Shown: one piece after another, positions 52,099 through 60,316 of the stretch | Layout of the letters: every line of letters begins with the position of its first letter | How positions within the stretch are numbered: position 1 is the stretch's first letter | From: Hyalangium minutum | Lineage (GTDB): Bacteria; Myxococcota; Myxococcia; Myxococcales; Myxococcaceae | Assembly: GCF_000737315.1 (NCBI RefSeq) | Contig: NZ_JMCB01000003.1 | Location: 1 to 64,000, forward strand | Length of the DNA: 64,000 bases | Reading direction: 5' to 3' | Notes under the pieces: generated by a model | What the model was told of the DNA's origin: nothing | What the model saw: the letters and a program-made list of their open reading frames with translations, nothing else | The model's database searches: none | Position numbers and translations under genes: made by a program

Positions 52099-53672
52099 AG
52101 CCTTTCGAGCAGCAGACCTATTACGAGCTCCTCGAGATCCCCGTCTCCGCGCCGGACGAGGAGATCCGCGCCGCTTACACCCGGGCCCTCGAGACGTACG
52201 CGCCTGACTCCGTCGCGGTGTACGCCCTGGTGGATCCTGGCCAGGTCGATGCTTTGCGCGCCCGGCTCACCGAGGCGATGGAGATCCTCACCGAGCCGGA
52301 CCTCCGCGCCGAGTATGACCGGATGATCGGCGTGAGCCGCGCCGACTCGAGTGCCGTGAAGGCCCTGACCCCCGCGCTGGCCGCGGCTGCTCAGTCCGTC
52401 CCGTCCCAGGAGACTTCCCAGCCTCCCGCCGCTCCAGCGCCCGAGGCCGCTCCTGCGGCGCAGACGCCCGCTTCCGCGGTGGTGGCGGCTCCCTCCGCGC
52501 CTGAGCCCGCCCCGGCGGCTGCTGCTTCGGCTGCTTCGGCTCCCACTCCCACCGCTTCGTCTGCCCCGGCCTCCACGCCTCCCCAGGCTGAGCCTGTCGC
52601 AGCCCCTGCGCCCGCTGCGCCTGCGGTTGCCGCACCCACGCTTGCCGTGCCCGAGGCTCCGTTGGGGATGCCGGGGATCGTCACGCCGAGCCAGGTCCAT
52701 GCGGCGTTCCGCAGCTATGCCATTTCGTATGTGCCCGTGCTGGTGCCCGCGCCCGCGCTGATCAGCACCGCGGTCGCCTCGCCGTTCGTGGCCTCGGGGC
52801 AGGCAGAGGCGGCACCTCCCGCACCGGAGGCACCGGCTGCCGCGCCCGCGGCTCCGGCTCCCGAGGCTGTCGCGGCCCGGGCCGTCGAGCCGGTACCTCC
52901 CGCAGCTGCTCCTGCGAGCACGGCCAGCGCAGCACCTCAGAGTGCAACGAGCACTCCCGCCGCCACGTCCGTTGCATCCTCTGAGCCTGCCGCTGTTTCC
53001 ACACCCGCCCCCGCGCCGGTGGCTGCCTCGCCAGCGCCTGCCCAGGTGCGGGTGAACGACGAGGACGAGGTCTCCGGAGTCCGGGCCCCGCTGCCCGAGC
53101 GGAAGGAGACGCCTGCCGCGGCCTCGCAGCCCACAGCCACGCCTCCCGCGCCGCCCGAGCGCCTCACGCGGCCTGTTCCCACGCCGCCGCCGCTGCCTCC
53201 CGGAGGCCGCCGCCCCGCGCGCCCGGCCGGCCCACCGACGCCCGTTCCCAGGGCTGACGCAGGGAAGGGGAGCGCGCGTCCGGGCTCGGGTCCGGGCATG
53301 GACCTCGAGGAGGCTCAGCAGATCGCCCAGGAGACCGCCATCGCCACGGCGGAGGCGGCGCTCGCCCAGGTGGCCGCCAAGGCGCGTGAGCCGAGGCCCA
53401 AGCCCATCGAGCTGCCCCCCAACACCGAGTTCAACGGCGAGGTGCTCCGGCAGGTCCGCGAGAGCCGGGGCCTGTCGCTCTCGCAGCTCGCCGAGCGCAC
53501 GCGCATCTCCAGCAAGCACCTGGAGAATGTCGAGGCGGACCGCTACACCGCGCTCCCCGCCACCGTGTACCTGCGCGGCATCCTCATGAACATCGCCCGC
53601 GAGCTCGGGTTGGATCCGCTCAAGGTCTCCCGGAGCTATCTGACTCTGGCCGCAGGGCCGAAGAAGAAGTAG
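52095..53672 (+). CDS. J-domain-like N-terminus, long Pro/Ala linker, C-terminal XRE/RodZ-type HTH
   Basis: YYELLEI...EIRAAY...YAPD; GEVLRQVRESRGLSLSQLAERTRI...VYLRG; ATGA overlap with the ATPase. Confidence 0.85.
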   Translation: MKPFEQQTYYELLEIPVSAPDEEIRAAYTRALETYAPDSVAVYALVDPGQVDALRARLTEAMEILTEPDLRAEYDRMIGVSRADSSAVKALTPALAAAAQSVPSQETSQPPAAPAPEAAPAAQTPASAVVAAPSAPEPAPAAAASAASAPTPTASSAPASTPPQAEPVAAPAPAAPAVAAPTLAVPEAPLGMPGIVTPSQVHAAFRSYAISYVPVLVPAPALISTAVASPFVASGQAEAAPPAPEAPAAAPAAPAPEAVAARAVEPVPPAAAPASTASAAPQSATSTPAATSVASSEPAAVSTPAPAPVAASPAPAQVRVNDEDEVSGVRAPLPERKETPAAASQPTATPPAPPERLTRPVPTPPPLPPGGRRPARPAGPPTPVPRADAGKGSARPGSGPGMDLEEAQQIAQETAIATAEAALAQVAAKAREPRPKPIELPPNTEFNGEVLRQVRESRGLSLSQLAERTRISSKHLENVEADRYTALPATVYLRGILMNIARELGLDPLKVSRSYLTLAAGPKKK

Positions 53673-53751
53673 TCGGCGCACAACGGCAGGCGTGGTAGGA
53701 CTTGCCGTTAAAGTTGACTGGCCGCATTTCCGTCCCTATGAAAGAAGCGCA

Positions 53752-54015
53752 ATGACAGAGGAAGAAAAGGTCAAAGCGATGCGGCTCGCCCGCGCCATTG
53801 CCTCGGACATCTCGCTCTACAACGAGCAGAAGATCATCAAGGGCATTGAGCAGGACAACCTCTTCGAGGTCCTCAAGGACGAGCTCGACGAGGGGCGTGA
53901 GCTCTACAAGAGCCGCGTGAGCGCCGAGATCTTCACGAAGACGAACTTCTTCGAGCGGGCCATCAACGACATCGTCCTGCGCTCCAAGGCGCACGTGAAG
54001 TCGAAGATTTGGTAG
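53752..54015 (+). CDS. romX: Small conserved 87-aa protein, probable polarity factor RomX
   Basis: RLARAIASDISLYN; about 10 kDa and directly upstream of rluD, matching my recollection of the M. xanthus romX locus (not verified by alignment). Confidence 0.65.
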   Translation: MTEEEKVKAMRLARAIASDISLYNEQKIIKGIEQDNLFEVLKDELDEGRELYKSRVSAEIFTKTNFFERAINDIVLRSKAHVKSKIW

Positions 54016-54950
54016 CTCCCGAAGCGCGCGAGCACCAGGCCCCGCCCGAGGCCCGTGGCGAGCGGCTGGATCAGCACCTCGCGCGCGCCCATCCCGATCT
54101 CACCCGGTCCCGTCTCCAGGGGCTCATCGAGGCGGGCCACGTCCAGGTGGACGGCCGGCCCGCGAAGGCCTCGCTGCGGCTGCGCGGCGGTGAGCGGCTC
54201 TCCCTCCACATCCCCGCGCCCGTGGCGGCCGTGCCGGTGGCCGAAGCGCTGCCGATCGACGTGCTCCACGAGGATCGGGATCTCGTCGTGGTGAACAAGG
54301 CGGCGGGCATGGTGGTGCACCCGGGGGCGGGGCACGCCTCGGGGACGCTGGTCAACGCGCTGCTGCACCGGGTGAAGGATCTGGCCGGAGTGGGCGGCGA
54401 GCTGCGGCCGGGCATCGTCCACCGGCTCGACAAGGACACCACGGGGTGCCTCGTGGTGGCGAAGAACGAGCGGACGCTCGTGGCGCTGCAGAAGGCCTTC
54501 AAGACGCGCGCGGTGGAGAAGACGTACCTGGCGCTGGTACACGGCCACCCCAAGCCCGAGGGCCGCATCGAGACGCTGTACGGGCGCCACCCGGTGCACC
54601 GGCAGAAGTTCACCGGCAAAGTCAAAGAGGGCAAGCCCGCGATCACGGTGTACCGGACGCGCGAGCTCTTCGAGGGCGCCGCGCTCGTCGAGGTGGACCT
54701 GCTGACGGGCCGCACGCACCAGATCCGCGTGCACCTGGCCGAGGCGGCGCATCCGCTCTTGTGCGATGCGTTGTACGGCGCCGGGCGCAAGGCGAAGGGG
54801 CCAGTGCTCGAGGCCCAGGAGGCGCTGGGGCGCCAGGCGCTGCACGCGTGGCGGCTCGCGTTCACGCACCCGCGGACGGGCAAGGCGCTGAAGCTGGAGG
54901 CGCCGCTGCCCGCGGACTTCGAAGCAGCAATCGCGCGTCTCCGCAATTGA
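54009..54950 (+). CDS. rluD: RluA/RluD family pseudouridine synthase
   Basis: S4 domain RLDQHL; VNKAAGMVVHP, IVHRLDKDTTG, TGRTHQIRVH, QALHAWRL. Confidence 0.93.
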   Translation: MVAPEAREHQAPPEARGERLDQHLARAHPDLTRSRLQGLIEAGHVQVDGRPAKASLRLRGGERLSLHIPAPVAAVPVAEALPIDVLHEDRDLVVVNKAAGMVVHPGAGHASGTLVNALLHRVKDLAGVGGELRPGIVHRLDKDTTGCLVVAKNERTLVALQKAFKTRAVEKTYLALVHGHPKPEGRIETLYGRHPVHRQKFTGKVKEGKPAITVYRTRELFEGAALVEVDLLTGRTHQIRVHLAEAAHPLLCDALYGAGRKAKGPVLEAQEALGRQALHAWRLAFTHPRTGKALKLEAPLPADFEAAIARLRN

Positions 54951-55100
54951 ACTCCAGGGCAGGGTGCGTGCTCGCGCGGCGCGTCACTCACCCCGGGGGA
55001 GGAAGGGAGCGTCTCCCCCCAACTATCGGGTCCACATTCACTCCTCGTAAGATTCGCGTGGGCTTCGGAGCTGACGTCGGGCGCCCAGAGATCTCAAGAC

Positions 55101-56084
55101 ATGTCGCTCAAGACGCGATGGCTTGCGAGCATGTGGGGGGTGATTTTGGGAGGGATCGTCATCACGACGATCGCGAGCTCCAGCCTCAGCATCATCGGCC
55201 TTGGGCTGCTGTTGCTGCCGCTGCTGGGGTTCATCGTCTGGAGGCTCGTCAATGACATGGTGCGTGAGCTGACGGAGACTCAGCGGCGGCTCGCCTATTC
55301 GGAGAAGATGGCCGCGGTCAGCCAGCTCGCCGCGGGCGTGGGACACGAGATCAACAACCCCATCACCTATGTCTCCGCCAATCTCGGCTTCGCCACGGAG
55401 ATCCTCGCCGAGCTGAGCGGTACCTCCCGGACTGCGGACTCCCCGCCGCTGCCTCCCGAGGTGGCCGAGCAGCTCCGCGAAGTCTCCGAGGCCCTGCGGG
55501 AGGCGCAGGATGGGGCCCAGCGCGTGGCCCGCATCGTGAGGGATCTGCGCACCTTCGCTCAGCCCGGCAATGCGGCGGGGCAGCTGGTGGAGATCCGCTC
55601 CATCATCGAGTCCGCGCTGAAGCTCGCCTCCAACCCCCTCCTGCTCCGGGCGCGTGTCTTCTGTGACTTCCAGGTGGAGATCCGGGTGAGGGCCCCCGAG
55701 GCGCGGTTGGTCCAGGTCTTCATGAACCTGCTCGTCAATGCGGCACAGGCCATTCCTCCTGGGCACGTCGAGGAGAACGAGGTCCGCGTCACCACGTCCC
55801 TGGGGACCGAGGGCTTCATCGTGGTGGAGGTGAGTGACACGGGGCAGGGCATGCCTCCCGAGGTGCTCAAGCGGTTGTTCGAGCCCTTCTTCACCACCAA
55901 GCCGGTGGGGCAGGGCACGGGCCTGGGGCTGTCCATCTGCCGGAACGTCATCGAGGGGATGGGGGGCACCCTGACGGTGCGTAGCACCGTGGGGAAGGGC
56001 AGCGCCTTCCGGATCACCTTGCCCGAGGCGGGGCCTCTGGGCGCGCAGTTCCCTCAGGACGCGGGGGCGGCTCTGCGCGGGTGA
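55101..56084 (+). CDS. Two-TM histidine kinase without an extracellular sensor
   Basis: VGHEINNPI, NLLVNAAQA, DTGQGM, FFTTKPVGQGTGLGL. Confidence 0.92.
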   Translation: MSLKTRWLASMWGVILGGIVITTIASSSLSIIGLGLLLLPLLGFIVWRLVNDMVRELTETQRRLAYSEKMAAVSQLAAGVGHEINNPITYVSANLGFATEILAELSGTSRTADSPPLPPEVAEQLREVSEALREAQDGAQRVARIVRDLRTFAQPGNAAGQLVEIRSIIESALKLASNPLLLRARVFCDFQVEIRVRAPEARLVQVFMNLLVNAAQAIPPGHVEENEVRVTTSLGTEGFIVVEVSDTGQGMPPEVLKRLFEPFFTTKPVGQGTGLGLSICRNVIEGMGGTLTVRSTVGKGSAFRITLPEAGPLGAQFPQDAGAALRG

Positions 56085-56222
56085 GCAGGGGCCGTGCGTT
56101 CCATGTTGGTGCACCTCGCCTCAATCTGGAGCGAGCAGGAGATCCAAACTGGACGGGAATTCCCTCGGTTCCGAGCGGCTCCCGTCTGAAACGGTGCAGG
56201 CACGCGGCTCGCATGGGTGGGG

Positions 56223-58538
56223 ATGAACCCCCAACGAGCAGGTGTCCGCGTGCCTCCGCCGAACAACAGCAGCGAAGCCATCCAGCGCATCTCCCTGAAG
56301 AACCGCGAGTACGCGTACATCGAGGACGCCAACCGCGGTGTGGTGCTGGTGGAGATCGGCCCCAAGGTGCTCACGCTGGAGGCCCACCTCACCCTGGTGA
56401 CCAAGAGCCGGATGATCGAGCTGGGCACCGGCAGCTGGTGCGTGGTGCGCAACCCGGTGGTGCGCGAGGAGGGCAAGGTCTCGTTGGACGACTTTGGCCA
56501 GGCCCGTATCGCCGTGGGCGATCGCGAGGTCCGCGTCGGTCCTCAGGTGTTCCCGCTGTACCCCGGTGAAGAGCTCGAGGGCGAGATCACCCCCGAGTAC
56601 GTGCTGGGAGTCTATGACGCGCTCCGGCTGCGCGCGCTCACGGCGTTCATGGATGAGCGGACCCCGGGTGGGCCGCGCCGCCGCGAGGCCGGTGACGAGT
56701 GGCTCGTGCGAGGCCCTGGCCGCTACGTCCCGAGCGCCGCAGTGATGGTGGTCTCCACCGAGAAGGCTCGCGTCCTGAAGGAGACCGAGTACTGCATCGT
56801 GCTCAACCCCGTGGATCGAACCACTGGGAAGATCCAGGAGGGCCGCCGCAAGGTCATCTCAGGCCCGGACGTGTTCTTCCTGGAGCCGGGCGAGCAGCTC
56901 GAGGGCGACGTCCGTCGCAAGCACGTGCTCTCGGAGATGCAGGGGCTGAAGCTCCAGGCGCTCGATGACTTCTCCGAGCCGGAGGAGGGCGGCGAGCCCC
57001 GGCTGCGCAAGGCGGGTGACACGTGGATCGTCCGTGGCCCGCGCACCTACGTGCCGAACGAGAAGGTCGTCATCCAGAAGGAGATCGTCGCGCTGTCGCT
57101 TGGCCAGGGCGAGGGCCTCTACGTGAGGGATCTGCGCTCCGGCAAGGTGTCGCTGGTCCAGGGGCCGTGCCAGTTCATGCCCGAGGCCCACCAGGAGCTG
57201 CACGAGAAGCGGCTCTCGCCGGATGCCGAGGCGCTGCTGGGCCTGGCGCCGCCCGCGCAGGCGCCGCACCTGGCCGCCGTGGAGGGCAAGGAGGGCAAGG
57301 CGCCGCCGCGTCCGTCCGCCAGCGCTTCGGATCGGGTGGACCGTACGCGCGCCATCGTGCTGCGCATCGAGGACAACACCTCGGTGCTCATCAACGACTT
57401 CGAGACCAACCACGCCCGGGTGGAGTTCGGCCCCGCGAAGGTGATGCTGCGCCCCTACGAGGACGTGACGGTGCTCGACTTGTCCGGCGGGACGCCCAAG
57501 CGCCCGCGGCAGCTCAAGGTGCTCATGCTGCGCCTGGGGCCTGACTTCGCCACGGACCTGTTCGAGGTGGCCACGCGGGACCACGCGCGCCTGCGCATCA
57601 AGCTCTCGTACAAGTGGCAGTTCGACGTGGAGGGGGACTCAGAGAAGGACAAGGCCATCTTCCGGGTGAACGACTTCATCGGCTACGTGTGCGAGAACCT
57701 CGCGTCGCGCATCCGCCAGGTGGCGGCGGAGAACGACTTCGAGACGTTCCACAAGAACGCGAGCGTGCTGATCCGCCGTGCCATCTTCGGGGTGGATGAG
57801 GCGGGCAAGGCGCGCAAGGACCGCCTGTTCAGCGAGAACAAGCTGCGCATCATCGACATCGACATCAAGGACATCGCCCCGGTCGATGACAAGACGGCGC
57901 TCAAGCTGCGCGAGGCCATCGACACCAACATCCAGATCCAGCTGGATGCGTCGAAGCAGGAGGCGCAGGCAGCGGCCGAGCTGAAGCGCATCCGCAGCGA
58001 GGAGGAGAAGCAACTGGCGGATATCTCCAGCCACCGGAAGTCGGAGGCGGAGCGCCAGTCGCTCATCGAGCTGCAGAACAAGAACCATCAGCTGGCCACG
58101 CTGAGCCACGCGAAGGTGGAGGCCGAGGCGCAGCTGGAGAAGGCGCGCGTGGAGAGCGAGGAGGCATTGGCCCGAGCCGAGGCCGAGGCCCGCGCGTCCC
58201 GCATCCGCACCGAGGCGGAGCTCGAGCGCGAGCGGATGATGTCGGAGGTGACGCTGGAGCGGCAGAAGAAGCTGAATGATCTCGAGGTGGATCGTCAGGC
58301 GCGGCTGGCGGCGGTGGAGGCTGATCAGTTCCGCCAGCGGGTCGAGGCGCTCGGGGGCGGAGAGAACTTCGTCAAGGCGGTGGCCGCGCAGGCACAGGCG
58401 GCGGTGGTGGGCGGCCTGGACAAGGTCGTCTTCCTGCCGAGCGGCTCGAACCTGAACCTGTTCGACTCCATGCAGGGGCTGCTCGGCCCTGGAGGCAAGA
58501 ACGGGGTGACGGGCGACAAGAACACCGGCACCCACTGA
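56223..58538 (+). CDS. Major vault protein (MVP) homologue
   Basis: MVP repeats (PLYPGE, AGDEWLVRGPGRYVP, FFLEPGEQLE, AGDTWIVRGP, EGLYVRD), LGPDFATD...TRDHARL shoulder, DFIG...ASRIR...FHKN, long cap helix, NLNLF cap ring; ATG 56223 (or GTG 56217). Confidence 0.93.
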   Translation: MNPQRAGVRVPPPNNSSEAIQRISLKNREYAYIEDANRGVVLVEIGPKVLTLEAHLTLVTKSRMIELGTGSWCVVRNPVVREEGKVSLDDFGQARIAVGDREVRVGPQVFPLYPGEELEGEITPEYVLGVYDALRLRALTAFMDERTPGGPRRREAGDEWLVRGPGRYVPSAAVMVVSTEKARVLKETEYCIVLNPVDRTTGKIQEGRRKVISGPDVFFLEPGEQLEGDVRRKHVLSEMQGLKLQALDDFSEPEEGGEPRLRKAGDTWIVRGPRTYVPNEKVVIQKEIVALSLGQGEGLYVRDLRSGKVSLVQGPCQFMPEAHQELHEKRLSPDAEALLGLAPPAQAPHLAAVEGKEGKAPPRPSASASDRVDRTRAIVLRIEDNTSVLINDFETNHARVEFGPAKVMLRPYEDVTVLDLSGGTPKRPRQLKVLMLRLGPDFATDLFEVATRDHARLRIKLSYKWQFDVEGDSEKDKAIFRVNDFIGYVCENLASRIRQVAAENDFETFHKNASVLIRRAIFGVDEAGKARKDRLFSENKLRIIDIDIKDIAPVDDKTALKLREAIDTNIQIQLDASKQEAQAAAELKRIRSEEEKQLADISSHRKSEAERQSLIELQNKNHQLATLSHAKVEAEAQLEKARVESEEALARAEAEARASRIRTEAELERERMMSEVTLERQKKLNDLEVDRQARLAAVEADQFRQRVEALGGGENFVKAVAAQAQAAVVGGLDKVVFLPSGSNLNLFDSMQGLLGPGGKNGVTGDKNTGTH

Positions 58539-58555
58539 GGTTTTGAGCACAGTGT

Positions 58556-58595
58556 GGGGCGGGCTTCTTCCCTCCATTGGACAGAAGTCCGCCCC
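58556..58595 (+). terminator. 13-bp hairpin after the MVP gene (attenuator or mRNA stabiliser)
   Basis: GGGGCGGGCTTCT...AGAAGTCCGCCCC, one G-U pair; no U-tract. Confidence 0.5.
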
Positions 58596-58636
58596 TCGGC
58601 TTGTCGCAGGCCCAGCACTCGGTGCATTCAGAACGC

Positions 58637-59005
58637 ATGGCCATCGCAGAGGTGCACATGAGGCTGGGGAAGTTGCTCGGCAGCATCGATGAGGTGCTGG
58701 GCACCCCCAAGGTGGATATTCGCTCGATTGAGCGGCTCATCGATCAGGCGCGCTGGGCGAAGCTCTACATCGACTTCGAGCTGGCGTTTAAGCCCTACCG
58801 CGACGTCCTGGATGCGGACTGGGGCACGCGCAAGTTCGTGTCGGAGACCTCGGCGCGCCAGATGTTCGAGGAGTTCCGCACCCGGCTGGGCGACGTGGCG
58901 GCGGAGACCGCGGGCCATGTGCCGCTGCGCAACCTCCGGGCTCGTGTCGAAGGCGTCCTCAACGTTGCCCAGCAGTGGTGGGGAACACTGGCCCATCCTT
59001 CTTGA
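58637..59005 (+). CDS. Small hypothetical helical protein downstream of MVP
   Basis: 122 aa, GC3-biased codons, same strand as MVP; no family recognised. Confidence 0.7.
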   Translation: MAIAEVHMRLGKLLGSIDEVLGTPKVDIRSIERLIDQARWAKLYIDFELAFKPYRDVLDADWGTRKFVSETSARQMFEEFRTRLGDVAAETAGHVPLRNLRARVEGVLNVAQQWWGTLAHPS

Positions 59006-59050
59006 TGCGTGGGGCCTCTGCTCCGGTGTTGCGCCGGGAGGAGGCAGGGG

Positions 59051-60307
59051 TCAGCGGTGCAGATGGGACTCGGTCTGCTCCAGGTGGCGGCGGGCCTGGG
59101 TGAGGGCCCGCTCCGCGACGGCGGCCTGCTCATCGGCGCGCTCGGCTTCTTCGGTCTGAGCGCGCTCGGCCTCCTCGGCGTTCTGGAGTTCTTCGCGGGC
59201 CTGACGGGCCAGATCCTCGGCGGCTTCGAGCGCCTCGCGTGCGCGGTGGACTTGGGTCTCGGCAGTCTCGAGGACCCGGCGAGCCTGGAGGGTCTGGGCC
59301 TTCATGGTCCGCAGTGCCGCCTGGGCGCGTACCAGGTTGTGGCGTGCGTTCTTCTCGGCCAGGGTGGCCTCGTCCGCGCTTTGCTTGGCCTCCCGGCGGA
59401 GCTGACGCAGCTCCACATCGCGCTGGCGCCGGGTCTCGGCCTCCGCTTCTTTATGGGCCTTGCGCTTCTGAGCGGGAGACTCAGCCGGGACGGCATGCGG
59501 CTTCGGACTCGGCATGGTCCGGACCGGGATTTGTTCCTCTTCCTCCCGAGGCGCCCAAGGGCCTCGCAGCACCTTGGCGTCCGCGCGATGAGGCGTGGGG
59601 GCAGGGCGTGCCGGGGTTTTCTCGGGACGGCGGCTGGGCGGTGGCTTTGGAGGCTTGGGGGCGGGGCGTTCCGGAGCAGGGCCGACGAGCATGAGCGGGG
59701 AGAGTGACCCGAAGCCGGAGCTGCGGAGCGGCTGGGTCAAGGTGCCCCGGGCGAGGATGGCGCGCTCCTCGGCCGTGCCCAGCGCGGCAGCGCGCAGGGT
59801 CTCTTCGACCTGGCGGATGAGATCTCCCGTGGCGTCACGGCCCAGCGCACTCAGCGAGGCGTTGACGTCCTTCATCAAGACTTCGAGCGACTGTTGAAAG
59901 GTGCGGTTGGCATCCTTGAGCTGATCGGTGGCCAGCCCGGACATGGCGCGGCGGTGGGCCAGCTCCAGCGCATGGGCAGAGGAGAGGAACTGATCCATGT
60001 GCTCTGGCTGTCCCTGGGCCAGCCGGTTGACGATCCACGCGGGGACAACGGGGCGCTTGAGCTTCTTGATCGCCTGGGCTTCCTGGGTGTGACCCTCGGC
60101 GGTGAGCGCCTTGGCGAGCGCATCCCGTGTGCGGGTGAACTGATCCAGGGGCAGGGCGTACAGGGCGCGTTGCCGGGCGGCGATCTCCGCCTCGGAGCTT
60201 CCTTGCTTGCCCCGCGAACCGGGAGGCGTTTTCGAGCGAGACGCCACGGGTTCAAGGTGCGATCCGGCGGCGCGAAACGGCAAGTACCTGACTTCCTGGA
60301 GCGCCAT
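59051..60307 (-). CDS. Hypothetical protein: conserved helical N-terminus, Pro-rich linker, coiled coil
   Basis: LYALPLDQFTRTRDALAKAL...KLKRPVVPAWIVNRL; C-terminal heptad-rich E/A/R region. Confidence 0.75.
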   Translation of the reverse strand: MALQEVRYLPFRAAGSHLEPVASRSKTPPGSRGKQGSSEAEIAARQRALYALPLDQFTRTRDALAKALTAEGHTQEAQAIKKLKRPVVPAWIVNRLAQGQPEHMDQFLSSAHALELAHRRAMSGLATDQLKDANRTFQQSLEVLMKDVNASLSALGRDATGDLIRQVEETLRAAALGTAEERAILARGTLTQPLRSSGFGSLSPLMLVGPAPERPAPKPPKPPPSRRPEKTPARPAPTPHRADAKVLRGPWAPREEEEQIPVRTMPSPKPHAVPAESPAQKRKAHKEAEAETRRQRDVELRQLRREAKQSADEATLAEKNARHNLVRAQAALRTMKAQTLQARRVLETAETQVHRAREALEAAEDLARQAREELQNAEEAERAQTEEAERADEQAAVAERALTQARRHLEQTESHLHR

Positions 60308-60316
60308 GCCTGCTAA

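Noticed and set aside
52380-53330. Repetitive GCTCCG/CCCGCG-rich tract as a possible CRISPR or tandem repeat
   Set aside because: In-frame Pro/Ala linker; no fixed-length repeat-spacer periodicity and no cas genes
56223-58538. Plain flotillin/SPFH or phage tail protein instead of MVP
   Set aside because: The N-terminal MVP beta-repeats and cap-ring motif are not found in flotillins; no phage genes nearby
59051-60307. Possible transposase
   Set aside because: No DDE/HUH motifs, terminal inverted repeats or target duplications seen
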